A stretch of DNA of 64,000 nucleotides from an uncultured Acidobacteriaceae bacterium (GTDB taxonomy: Bacteria; Acidobacteriota; Terriglobia; Bryobacterales; Bryobacteraceae), in contig CAWDMK010000009.1 in the NCBI GenBank assembly GCA_963803455.1, forward strand, positions 358 through 64,357. Direction: 5' to 3'. The stretch's first letter is position 1. Every line of letters starts with the position of its first letter. The notes below the pieces were generated by a model. The model made no database searches, had not been told where the DNA came from, and saw only the letters and a list, made by a program, of their open reading frames with translations. Shown here piece by piece: positions 29,096-39,183 of the stretch. The position numbers and the translations under genes are program-made.

Positions 29096-29669
29096 GGCCG
29101 CCGGAAACCCGAATCGAAAGAGTGACCAGTAAGTTCAGCGCCAGCATCATAAAAACAGCGCCTCGGGCGTCTTTGCCATGTTTTGCTCGCCGCCGATCGC
29201 GTAAGTCAGGCAGCTGAATCCGGCCAGAACGACCCCTGTCAGAATCACAAGGAAAATACCACGAACACGAACATCCACACATAGAATTCAGTTCTAGGGA
29301 CCTCGCCGGCCATGGCTGCCAGCTCCGCCTTCTCTGGTTCGCTGTAGCCGAACCCTGGCCAGTTGCTTCCACGGTTATGAATCAGAGTCATGTTGAAGGA
29401 CCAGTAGCGTACGACCAACGCGAGCCAGCGCTCGAGCGTCGACCGCGAATCGGAAACGGAACTCATAGATGAAATCCTCAACTGCGGCGCTTGTCGGAGC
29501 GCCTTCACCTCAGAACGCGACAACCGCCATGAAAATGAATCACGCCGCCTGTCCCCACGCTCCCTTCGTACAATACGTCTTGAGCTGCCTTCGCGCGCTC
29601 TGAACCCAACACAGGGAGTCGAACATTCTCGCTAAACCATCACTCGCAACCGCATCTTCACTGATCCTC

Positions 29670-30581
29670 ATGCTCTCTGCTGCGCGAATTGCAGCAACGC
29701 AGGCCCCTCAATCGCCGCCCGCCGCTCCTGCTCCCGCTCCCGCTCCCGCTCCCGGAACGCAGACGCCCGGTACGCAAAACATCTCTCCCCCCAACGAGCC
29801 CGTCCGCAGAGGACGATTCGTGCCAGGACAGAGGCGTCCGCCCGGCGATCCCGCACAAATCGCGCGCGGCAAAATGTTGTTTGCCATTAGCTGCCGCGGC
29901 TGCCACGGTGCCGACCTGCGCGGCGGCGATCTGGGCGGCCCGAACCTTCTGCGCTCCCAAGTCGCCTTGAGCGATCAGAACGGCGAGTTGATCGTCCCCA
30001 TCATTCACGGGAGCCGTCAAAAAATGGGAATGCCGGCAATCGGCTTAAGTGATGCGGACGCAAACGCCGTGGCCGCCTATGTGCGCAGCGTCATCGAAAC
30101 GATTCAGGTACAGGGCGCTCCGCCTTCTGCTGCCAAGCCGCCGCCCAGCATTCTCATCGGCAACGCCGACGAAGGCAAAGCCTACTTCGCGACCAAGTGC
30201 CGCACCTGCCATTCCGAGGCGGGCGATCTCAGCAAAATAGCGACCCGCATACCGGATCCCAAGCGGCTCCAAAACGCTTGGCTAGCCGGAGGCACACTCG
30301 AGGAAGAGGACCCGCCCGAAGGCACAGCCGCAACTCCCCGTACCGTGACCGCCACCGTCACTCTTTCTTCCGGAGAAACCGTCGAAGGCAAGTTGGTCCG
30401 CGTGGATGACTTCTTGATCACCCTCGCTCTCGCCGACGGATCCGAAAAAACCTTTCGCCGCACCGGAGACACGCCGCGCGTGGTCATTCACGATCCTCTG
30501 AAGGTCCATCGCGATCTGCTCTCGCAATACAGCGACAAAGACATTCACGACGTAACCGCCTATCTGGTGACGCTCAAATGA
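29670..30581 (+). CDS. Dihaem c-type cytochrome
   Basis: Two CxxCH motifs (CRGCH, CRTCH) and a Pro/Ala-rich N-terminal linker. Its stop overlaps the start of the PQQ-propeller gene (ATGA). Confidence 0.8.
   Translation: MLSAARIAATQAPQSPPAAPAPAPAPAPGTQTPGTQNISPPNEPVRRGRFVPGQRRPPGDPAQIARGKMLFAISCRGCHGADLRGGDLGGPNLLRSQVALSDQNGELIVPIIHGSRQKMGMPAIGLSDADANAVAAYVRSVIETIQVQGAPPSAAKPPPSILIGNADEGKAYFATKCRTCHSEAGDLSKIATRIPDPKRLQNAWLAGGTLEEEDPPEGTAATPRTVTATVTLSSGETVEGKLVRVDDFLITLALADGSEKTFRRTGDTPRVVIHDPLKVHRDLLSQYSDKDIHDVTAYLVTLK
29724..29753 (+). repeat. Hexanucleotide microsatellite (GCTCCY)5 encoding (AP)n
   Basis: gctcct gctccc gctccc gctccc gctccc, inside the cytochrome c linker. Confidence 0.9.
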
Positions 30582-32266
30582 AGCTCAATCAACTCGCTCT
30601 CGCCGCATCTCTGCTCATTTCTCCGCTTCTCCTTCACGCGCAAGCCAACGGCTTGAATCCGGCCGACATTCTCAAGCCGCTCTCCAATTCCTGGCCCACC
30701 TATAGCGGCGACTACTCCGGCAAGCGCTACAGCGCGTTGAAGCAGGTGAATCGTTCCAACGTCCAACACCTCACGCTCGCCTGGATGATGCAGGTCACCC
30801 CTGGAACCGGCGAACCCAGCGAGCACCACCGGCACCGGCACTACGATGAATCAACTCCGCCGGTAATTGTCGGAGGCGAGGGCCCCGGCGACATCAACAT
30901 TCGCGGCGGCACCATCAAATCGTCGGCGCTCGAAGTCGATGGCACGCTCTACTTCACAATGCCCGACAATGCCTGGGCAGTCGACGCCCGCGACGGCCGT
31001 GAGCTCTGGCATTACTTCTGGAAAACCAAAGGTGGCACCCACATCGGCAATCGCGGCCTCGGCATGTGGCACGGCTATCTCTTCATGGAAACGCCCGACG
31101 ATTACCTCGTCTCGCTCGACGCCAAAACCGGCAAGGAGCGCTGGCACAAGGTCATCGCCAATGTCGACGACGGCTATTTCTCGACACCCGCTCCCGTCAT
31201 CATCGGCAACCACGTGCTGGTCGGAACGGGAAACGATATCGATTCTCCCGGCTTCCTCGATTCGTTTGATCCCGAAACAGGCGAACTGCAGTGGAAGCAC
31301 TACACAGTCCCCATGCAGAAGGGCGATCCCGGCCTCGATACCTGGGCGAGTCTCGATGCTGCGCGGCACGGCGGCGCCCAAACCTGGATTCCCGGTGCAT
31401 ACGATCCCGAAACCAACCTTTATATATTCGGTACCGGCAATCCCACTCCGGCTTTCACCAACGGTACGCGCGGCCCCGGCGACAACCTGTACACTTGCTC
31501 CCTGATCGCGGTCAATGTCGACACGGGCAAGATGGCCTGGTATTTCCAGACCTCGCCGCACGACATGCACGACTACGATTCAGCGCAAACGCCCGTACTA
31601 ATAGATGCACCGTTCGGCGGCAAAATGCGAAAGCTCGCAGTGACGGCAACGCGCAACGGCTACTACTTCACGATTGACCGCACCACCGGCGAGCATCTCG
31701 TAACCAGTAAGTGGGGTCTGTTGACGAACTGGGCCACGGGCCTGACGAAGTCTGGCGGACCCAAGCTCAACCCCGAAAAGGACGCGACCGTCGGCGGATC
31801 GCTGGTTTCACCTGGCTCAGACGGCGTCATCAACTGGGAGCCGCCCGCTTTCTCCCCGCAAACCGGCCTGCTCTATGTCTCCGAGCACAACACCTTCTCC
31901 GAGTTCTACCTCACCGACCTCGATCCGCGCGGCTCCATGGGCCTCGGCGGCAAGGAAGAGGCCGAGATCGGTTCAGGCGGCACCTACCTGACCGCGATCG
32001 ATTACAAAACCGGAAAAATCGCCTGGCGGCATCCTTATTACAGTGACGGAGGTGGTGGCGGCGGCCTATTGGCCACAGCGGGCGGACTGGTCTTTGGAGG
32101 CGACGGCGCAGGCAGCCTGGTCGCTCACGACTCCGCGACTGGCAAGCCTCTCTGGAACACGCGCATCGGCGAGGTCACGAATCCGCCCCAGACCTACATG
32201 CTCGACGGCCGTCAATACGTAATCGCAGCAACCGGCGATACACTCTGGGCCTTCGTCATGTATTGA
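30578..32266 (+). CDS. PQQ-type eight-bladed beta-propeller dehydrogenase homologue (quinoprotein ADH-like)
   Basis: WPTYSGDYSGKRYSALKQVN, repeated W-motif blades and a GGGGG loop near the C-terminus. It lacks the vicinal Cys-Cys of classical quinoprotein ADHs. Confidence 0.8.
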   Translation: MKLNQLALAASLLISPLLLHAQANGLNPADILKPLSNSWPTYSGDYSGKRYSALKQVNRSNVQHLTLAWMMQVTPGTGEPSEHHRHRHYDESTPPVIVGGEGPGDINIRGGTIKSSALEVDGTLYFTMPDNAWAVDARDGRELWHYFWKTKGGTHIGNRGLGMWHGYLFMETPDDYLVSLDAKTGKERWHKVIANVDDGYFSTPAPVIIGNHVLVGTGNDIDSPGFLDSFDPETGELQWKHYTVPMQKGDPGLDTWASLDAARHGGAQTWIPGAYDPETNLYIFGTGNPTPAFTNGTRGPGDNLYTCSLIAVNVDTGKMAWYFQTSPHDMHDYDSAQTPVLIDAPFGGKMRKLAVTATRNGYYFTIDRTTGEHLVTSKWGLLTNWATGLTKSGGPKLNPEKDATVGGSLVSPGSDGVINWEPPAFSPQTGLLYVSEHNTFSEFYLTDLDPRGSMGLGGKEEAEIGSGGTYLTAIDYKTGKIAWRHPYYSDGGGGGGLLATAGGLVFGGDGAGSLVAHDSATGKPLWNTRIGEVTNPPQTYMLDGRQYVIAATGDTLWAFVMY

Positions 32267-32313
32267 TCGATCCCAGGGAGTGGTTTCGCCAGAGACTTGC
32301 CGGCCGCCCGCTC

Positions 32314-32866
32314 TTACCCTCGTCGCCCTTTATGCGCTAACCGGCTGCACGCGTCGGGAGTCTTCAGCATTTTGATCGCATCGCCTCCGGATTCGATGGT
32401 GTCGATCTTGCCAGCGGTATCGATCACAAACGTGACGCGGTTCGCGACTCCGTATTTCGGCAGATACACTCCGTATTCCTGAGATACTTTGCGGTCCAGA
32501 AAGTCACTCAAGAGCGGAAACGTCAACCCGAGTTGCTCCGCGAATGCCTTCTGCGATGGGCCGTTATCGGTCGCTGATGCCGAACACTTTCGCCCCCGTC
32601 TCCTGAAAATGTTGCATACCAGCCTGGTACGCTTTCATCTCCGCCGTTCAACCGCCTGTGAACGCGGCCGGGAAAAACGCCAGAACGATGGTGCTCTTGC
32701 CGATGAAGTCCGCAAGGTGGACCGTCCCGCCATCCGTCGAAGGAAGCGTGAAATCAGGAGCTTTGTCCCCCACCTTTAGCGTGCTTGACGGCGGCCCCGA
32801 CTCTTGCGCGAACACGCTGAACGCACCCGCGAGCGTTGCAACCAGAAGTCTTCTGTTGATTCTCAC
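32314..32866 (-). CDS. Secreted peroxiredoxin (AhpC/TSA-redoxin family) with TGA at the peroxidatic Cys position; candidate selenoprotein; also frameshifted near 32572
   Basis: The signal peptide plus [12 protein letters not shown]...[13 protein letters not shown] is followed by TGA (complement of 32648-32650), then [25 protein letters not shown]. After a 1-nt shift it continues [25 protein letters not shown]... (ORF 32314..32526). Confidence 0.65.
32614..32632 (-). promoter_or_regulatory. Putative bacterial SECIS upper stem-loop
   Basis: The mRNA GCGUACC-AGGCU-GGUAUGC gives 7 bp and a 5-nt G-containing loop, starting 15 nt after the UGA. A lower stem GAAA/UUUC starts 11 nt after the UGA. 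Confidence 0.4.
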
Positions 32867-32958
32867 TATGCTGCCCCCGAGACTACGACCTTAGCACGAA
32901 AACGCACACTTCGCCCCCTTACGTATATAGTGGTTGGGACCGCCTTGAGGAGAAGTGA

Positions 32959-34906
32959 ATGCCAAATCGAAAATTTGAACTGATTGCAGCTGCCCTGGTA
33001 GTGTTCGCAGCCGTAGCCGCGAACGCCTCGGCACAGGACGCCTCATCGCAGGCAGCCTCTGAAGCTCGGGACCATAACTACGCGTGGCTGCAAATTAGCG
33101 CGTTCACCGACATTCCTCTCGCCCGGGCCGACGTGCGCGTGTACGACACCGCGGGACATCTTCTCTTCGAAAAGTGCTCGGCCACGAACACGCAAGGGGT
33201 TTTCCCCGCGCGAGTCCGGGCGCTTCCGAGAGACTTTCGCGTCACGGTGACCTGGGATGCAAGCAAGCAAGACGACTTTGATCACATCTTCTTAGGCAAA
33301 TTCAAGCTCAGCGCCGACGAGCGGAACTTCAATCCGGTCCACGGCGTCGTGTACGTGAATCCCGTCACCACCATCGTGAGCCGCCTTATCGATCGCTTTC
33401 CACATTTGAAGCTGCACGAAGCGAGAGCGCTCGTCCGGCGCGCTCTGGGTCTCCCGCCCAACGCCAGCCTCGGGGCGGCCCTCCGTCAAGGGAAATTCTT
33501 CACCCCTCAGTATTTCTCCGTCAAGGAGTTTCTGAAAAAGGCGAACGAGTACGGCGGAGTCGAGGAGTACATCAAGTTCCTCATCACCGAGATGCTGGAC
33601 CATCCAGGCAAGAGATTTCTCTTTGCTCCCGCGCCGAAGAGTTCGCTCGGCGGCGCCTTGAGTTTCGTCGCTGAAAATCTCGCCAAAGGCGCGCTGTCCT
33701 GGGCCGCCGGGCAAGGATGCGGCTGGGCTTTAGAGAGTGCCGGGATCACCACCCCGGATGCAACCGCGGAAGACATCGCCAATCTCCAAGCAGGGCTGAC
33801 GGATTTGCAAAGCAGCGTTGACCAGCTCAGCAAGCAAATCGACGCACTCACGAACCAGGTTCTTGCTCAGTTCACTACAACCCAGTACAACCAGATTGTC
33901 GTGCCGGCTCTGCAGCTGGCATCCCTAGTTAACGGTGTCGAGGAGGACATAGCTTACTTCAATTCCGCATGCCCACCCGGCCCATACGATCCCGAGTCGG
34001 TGAATGTCGATTTTTGTACCAGCCGGAAGGCATACATTATCGGCGAGCTCAGTGATGTCACGATCAGCCAATCCTTTGGGACACTCTCGACCTACGTGCT
34101 CGACAATCCGACCCTGAGCTATAAGGGCCTGGTTCACCTGTTCAGCCAATCGCTCGGCCAAACAGTGCGTTTTTTCCGGCCGGCTGATTCGACGAAGGTT
34201 CAAAATATGTTCGACTACTGGGATGCGGTGCAAACGCAAGCCGCGAATCTCAAAGTGGAGCTCCTGCATATGCAGGGCGCGCAAAACAGCCCGGCCACCA
34301 GCGGCCAGTTAACGGGTTTCCTTGGCGACCCGAATGCCAACCCGCCCACGCAGGGGACTTTTCAAAACACGCGCGCTGCCGAACAGAAATTGATGTTCCC
34401 GGCGGTTCCGGTAGGCACCGTGGTCGATACGAAGACCAGGTTGATGTGGAGAACGGACATTCCAACAGACCGGAACGCCTGCTACTTGAGATGGCCGTAC
34501 AGCGCCTCCAACTATCCGTACACTGACAACACGTTCTCAAACGGATTGTGGGGCTGGAGCTCTCCGTTTTTCGCGGACTTCCAGACTTTGGTGGACGGCG
34601 GCGGCAGCGATCCGATGGGATGGCTGATCGCTCAAACCAAAGCGGTCACTCCAGACACCCCGCAGAGCGCGGGTTTCCCTGACATCGTGTATGCGGGTAC
34701 TCATTATGCAGAGAACCCTGGGTATGTGCGTCGATAACACAGCGGTGTGGTCAGTAGACACAGCACCCCCTATCAATGGCTCTTCGGCCTGGTACGTGTT
34801 TGACTTCAAGAATGCAACGAAAGTAGCCGGTGCCACGGGGTATCAATTTTGGCTTTTCCTTAGACGCCCCCTCGAAAGGGATGAGCAGTACTATTGGTAT
34901 CCATAA
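32959..34906 (+). CDS. Large secreted hypothetical protein (coiled-coil segment, DUF1566-like C-terminus), frameshifted near 34715
   Basis: Signal peptide MPNRKFELIAAALVVFAAVAANASAQ and coiled coil AEDIANLQAGLTDLQSSVDQLSKQIDALTNQV. The C-terminal TRLMWRTD...WGWSSPFFADFQTLV continues in ORF 34691..34906. Confidence 0.6.
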
Positions 34907-34979
34907 CGTGGCGCAGGCCATCGTTTTTTGTGGCCTGCGGAGCGATGGGTGATGCTAAAGAAATCTATACGACACGCCA

Positions 34980-36533
34980 CTAACCCCGCACATTGCGCGC
35001 CAGCGTGAGCGATCCGTCGGCGTTCGTCTTCTGCCGGCACGCCCAGGTCACCGGATAGCGAACGCCTTTCACTTCCAGTTCCGCTTTCAGTCGCAAGCCC
35101 TTCCAGTCTGTTCCGGGCGGCAGCATCAACATCGCCTGTCGAATCCCCGTGGGCTTCGGGTATCCCGCATCAACACATCCGCTGACGTTGACGGCCCCGT
35201 TCTCGCTAAACACTGTCAGTCGCAACACACCCGGCACGCCCGCGACCCCATTATTCGCCAGCCCAATGACCAGCCCCGGCGTCCCCTCCCGCTCGAAGCT
35301 CCATATAAAGGACGGCCGAACCCGATACCCGATGTGCCGCGCAATATAATCGATCGGCTCCGGATATTTGTCGTAATAGCTCAGCACGTTTTTCGCCGCT
35401 TCGTTATGCCAGTTCCACACCGACCAGTAGTTCGCGCCGACATCGAGCACGTGCGAAGTGATCTTCTCGTTGTAGGTGACTCCCTCATCCAGTCCCACGC
35501 GCTGCGGATCGCCCGTCGTCATGCCCACCTCGCAAACCGCCGCCGTCCACGACGGCCGGTTGCTTAACGCTTCGATCTGCGTGTTCTCGATAAAGATCGT
35601 GTCCGTGCGAATCCAGTTATGACTGCGAATCGTCCGGTCGAGCAGGTCAGAATTGCCCACATGGCTAAAGTCCGGCTGTGTATTGGTGACCAGAGGCACT
35701 TTGGTCCAGATTTCGAGCTGCGTCTCGAACATCTTCATCCACGTCTGCTCGGCGACGACATCGCTCGGAAAGATGTTGCCTTCAAACGGCCACGTGTGCC
35801 CCTCGCCCCAGAAGCCGTACATCATCGTGTCCATGTACTCGATCCGGGGATTTCCATTCAACTCAGCCGCCAGTAGCTCGTTCAGCTCGCGAAACGCCGC
35901 CTGATACGCCGGGTGATCGTAACGCGGCATGCGGTGCTCTTTCCGGTAACGCGTCTCCGAGCGGTTGCCTTTCCACTCGCCCTTGAGCTTCACGTAGGGA
36001 ACCTTGGCCATGAGGAACTCCGGCATCCCCGGCTCTGGGAAATCCGGGTTCTCCAGCATGATGCGAAACCCGACCCGCTTGTTGTACCGTTCCGCCAGAT
36101 CGAACGTGATCTTCCACCAGTCGGGCAAGTCCAGCCTGCCCGGACTCTTCTGAACCTCTCTCCAATTAGGCCGGATATAAATCTTCTGAGTAAAGGGAAG
36201 CTTCACCAGATCTTCGATCGATTTCTCGAGCGTTTCTCCTGGCAGCCGCGGCGGTCCGGTATCGCCCGAAACGTAAACCACAAGACCCATGCCGTAGTTA
36301 GGAACGATCTCCGTCGACGGCGTGGTCACCATCACGACATCGCTGTTGGGAACGACGGCATCAGCGGAGTATTGCGGGAACGGCCCCTGGTACAACCGGT
36401 CGCTGACGGGCGGCCCGGAGCCGAAATCATACTTTTCCCAGTTGTGCTCCGGAATGACGGCCTGCGCCGCCACAGGAACCACCGCCGCCGCCGATCCGGC
36501 CCCTAGCGCATGCAAAAATCCTCGCCGATTCAA
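34980..36533 (-). CDS. TAT-exported hypothetical protein (a glycoside-hydrolase-like TIM barrel is only a guess)
   Basis: TTG start after GGAGAG and twin-arginine leader NRRGFLHALGAGSAAAVVPVAAQA. It is a long, well-behaved ORF with no motif I can name. Confidence 0.6.
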   Translation of the reverse strand: MNRRGFLHALGAGSAAAVVPVAAQAVIPEHNWEKYDFGSGPPVSDRLYQGPFPQYSADAVVPNSDVVMVTTPSTEIVPNYGMGLVVYVSGDTGPPRLPGETLEKSIEDLVKLPFTQKIYIRPNWREVQKSPGRLDLPDWWKITFDLAERYNKRVGFRIMLENPDFPEPGMPEFLMAKVPYVKLKGEWKGNRSETRYRKEHRMPRYDHPAYQAAFRELNELLAAELNGNPRIEYMDTMMYGFWGEGHTWPFEGNIFPSDVVAEQTWMKMFETQLEIWTKVPLVTNTQPDFSHVGNSDLLDRTIRSHNWIRTDTIFIENTQIEALSNRPSWTAAVCEVGMTTGDPQRVGLDEGVTYNEKITSHVLDVGANYWSVWNWHNEAAKNVLSYYDKYPEPIDYIARHIGYRVRPSFIWSFEREGTPGLVIGLANNGVAGVPGVLRLTVFSENGAVNVSGCVDAGYPKPTGIRQAMLMLPPGTDWKGLRLKAELEVKGVRYPVTWACRQKTNADGSLTLARNVRG

Positions 36534-36596
36534 CCTCTCCTCCCTTGCGCTACCTGCATCTGTTAGCTTTTCAGTGTAATTCCAGCCGCGCTGTTC
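36398..36596. repeat. Direct repeat copy A (about 200 bp): promoter, 5'UTR, TAT leader and first ~45 codons of gene 34980-36533
   Basis: It aligns colinearly with 39048-39246 at an offset of 2650 bp, roughly 80-85% identical by eye. Confidence 0.8.
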
Positions 36597-36693
36597 CGAT
36601 TGCTTTACGAGTTACTATTCGGGCCAAGCCTTGGCACCTGTCCGGAATAGGCCTCTCATCGTACTGGATTGAGCAGCGTCGGACAACTGGCCG

Positions 36694-38362
36694 TTATTGG
36701 TTAAGCGCGTCTGGGTGAAGCGTCAAGTAGCGGTGGACGTCTGAGATGACAACCGAGCCTTCACCTACGGCAGAGGCCACGCGCTTCACGGAGGCGGTTC
36801 TCACATCTCCTACGGCGTAAATGCCGGCGATATTGGTTGCATAAGGCGTGCTATCGAATCCTTGCGGGCCGCCCGTGATGACGAAGCCCTTCTCGTCCAG
36901 GGCAACGACCCCCTTGAGCCACGACGTGTTGGGTTGAGCACCGATCATGACGAACAGGTCTTCGATAGGCTTGGTCGTTTCCGATCCGTCGCGGCGATTC
37001 ACCCATCTTACTTGTTCCAGGTGCGATCTGCCTTCAAGCGACACGATTTCGGTCTCGGTCAGAACTGTGATGCGCCGCGATTGTTCGATTCGCGAGAGCA
37101 GATATTGCGACATGGTGGCGGCGAGTGACTTGCCGCGAACCATGATGTAGACGCACGCCGCGCTTTGCGCGAGAAACAGAGCAGCCTGTCCGGCGGAGTT
37201 GCCGCCGCCTACGACAACGACCTCTTTGTCGCGACAGTAGGCCGTCTCCATGCCCGTTGCTGCATAGTAGATTCCCTGATTTTCAAACCTCTCGAAGTTC
37301 TCGAGCGGCAGCTTGCGGTATTGTGCGCCGGTGGCGATGACGACCGCTCGGGAGCACAAGGAAATGTGGTCTTCAAGGGTGATCTTGTGAACATCACCAT
37401 AGCGTTCTAGGGTAAGCGCGTCGCGGGACACGGCGAAGCGCACGCCGAATTTCAGTGCTTGCACAAAGGCACGGTTCGCGAGTCTTTGCCCCGAGATGCC
37501 GGTGGGAAAGCCGAGATAGTTTTCGATTTTGGAACTTGTGCCCGCCTGTCCTCCAGGCGCAATGCCTTCTATGACGACCGTGGAGAGACCCTCCGAAGAG
37601 GCGTAGACGGCGGCAGCGAGACCGGCAGGACCGGCCCCGACCACAGCGACATCATAGACGGTGCTTTTGTCCGGCAACTCCGAGATACCGAGTTCGTCGG
37701 CGAGCTTGGAAACCGTGGGACGATGCAGCACTCGACCATCGCTGAAGACCACAGCGGGCCAGGAGTCCGCATCCAGTGGAGATAGCACGGAGGAGCTTTT
37801 GTAACCTTCGACCGAAGCCACGTGATGGGGATAGCCGTTGCGCCGCAGGAAGCGTTGCAGCTTGAGGGTCTCGGCCCCGCCTTCATAACCGATTAGCGTC
37901 ACGCCGACTTTGGTCTGGTACGCCAAACCGATGCGACGCCAGATGAACGCCTGCATGATTAGGTTTGCGATTTCGCCTTCGGCACGCATAAGGCGCCGCA
38001 AGTCGCCGCGTGTGACGCGCAGTAACACGCTCGGGACGGTCGTGCGGGCGCCCACCAGGGTCGGCTGGTCGTTCAGCATGTCGAGCTCGCCCGTGAACTG
38101 GTGCTCGCCGAGATCGATCACGGTTTCGCTCGTGTTCTCTTCGTTGCCGGTGTAGATGTTGACATTGCCTTCGAGCGACAACGAACATGTCAGTGCCGCG
38201 CTCGCCACGCGCAAAGATCGTCACGCCGGCGGGTTGCGTGACCTCAGACGCGTAGGCGCGGATGGTTTCGACCATGGCGTCCGTCAGGGGCGGGAACGCC
38301 ATTTCCGGCCGGAAGGCCGGGAAGTCGAGTTGAGCTGAGGGGTCGCTGAACGCGCTCGCCAT
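36694..38362 (-). CDS. Cyclic-nucleotide-binding domain fused to a thioredoxin-reductase-like flavoprotein, frameshifted near 38178
   Basis: The cNMP-like N-terminus GVTIFARGERGTDMFVV | LEGNVNIY...GELDML comes first. Then DVAVVGAGPAGLAAAVYA, GGGNSAGQAALFL and AVGDV. Confidence 0.8.
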
Positions 38363-38480
38363 GGTTCTATTGTCGGGGTTTGGGTTGAGTGGATGATAGC
38401 GCCTCGGGTTTGCGAGCGCATTTGAGAGTTAGCAAGCGCCCGATTATCAATCCCCTTGGTGACCTAAAGCACGAGCACGG

Positions 38481-39009
38481 CTACGCGGGGCCAGTCTCAT
38501 ACTCACTCTGCACCAGGCCACCCTTATAGGAACGCGTCGCAACGTGGCGGAGGCTGATATCGTGCGGCACTGGGCCAAACAACGGGATGCCGGCTCCGAT
38601 CAACACCGGCACGCGCGTGATCACCAATCGATCGATAAGTCCGGCCGCCAGGAATCGCTGAATGGTCACGCCGCCGTCTACATAAGCATGCTTGAAGCCG
38701 CGCGCTTTGAGCTGCACTACAATTTCGGCCGGTTCGCCCCACGAGCTGCTCAACCACTCCGCCGGCCACTGATGAGAAATCGAGCGAACGGCTGCTCAGC
38801 ACGATAACCGGTTTCTTGCCGTAAGGCCAGTTACCGAATGTCAGTACGACTTCGAACGTCTTGCGTCCGATAACGACCACGTCAACGCTGGCATAAAATT
38901 CTTCGAAGCCGTGGGGCTCTTGCTCGCCCGTTTCCAAGAAATCGAGCGCGTGGTTCGGCCGGGCAAGAAAGCCATCCACGCTCACTCCACAAAATACTGA
39001 TAGCTTCAT
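38481..39009 (-). CDS. RibD C-terminal / dihydrofolate-reductase-family protein, frameshifted near 38750
   Basis: MKLSVFCGVSVDGFLARPN...VVVIGRKTFE is in ORF 38524..39009. ...AYVDGGVTIQRFLAAGLIDRLVITRVPVLIGAGIPLF is in ORF 38481..38753. Confidence 0.75.
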
Positions 39010-39044
39010 TGGCGCACTTTCCTTGAGTAGTGATTCTAAGCCGT

Positions 39045-39183
39045 GACTGTCGGTGATCGGCGGGCCGGCACCGAAATTATATTTTTCTCAGTTGTGCTCC
39101 GGAGCGACCGCCTGCGCCGCCACAGGGGCCACCGCCGCAGCCGACCAGGCGCCCAGCGCGTGCAAAAAACCTCGCCGATTCAA
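39045..39183 (-). pseudogene. 5' fragment of a paralogue of gene 34980-36533 (TAT leader plus ~15 codons) with an internal TGA
   Basis: It reads LNRRGFLHALGAWSAAAVAPVAAQAVAPEHN*EKYNFGAGPPITD. The TGA at complement 39088-39090 replaces the Trp of HNWEKY. Homology ends about 35 nt before the RibD_C start. Confidence 0.75.

Noticed and set aside
30851-31570. 239-aa antisense ORF and 212-aa alternative-frame ORF inside the PQQ-propeller gene
   Set aside because: They lie entirely inside a well-supported CDS and have biased composition.
36632-36650. Sigma-54 -24-like TGGCAC
   Set aside because: The -12 position reads CGGAA and not TTGC(A/T). There is also no plus-strand gene downstream.
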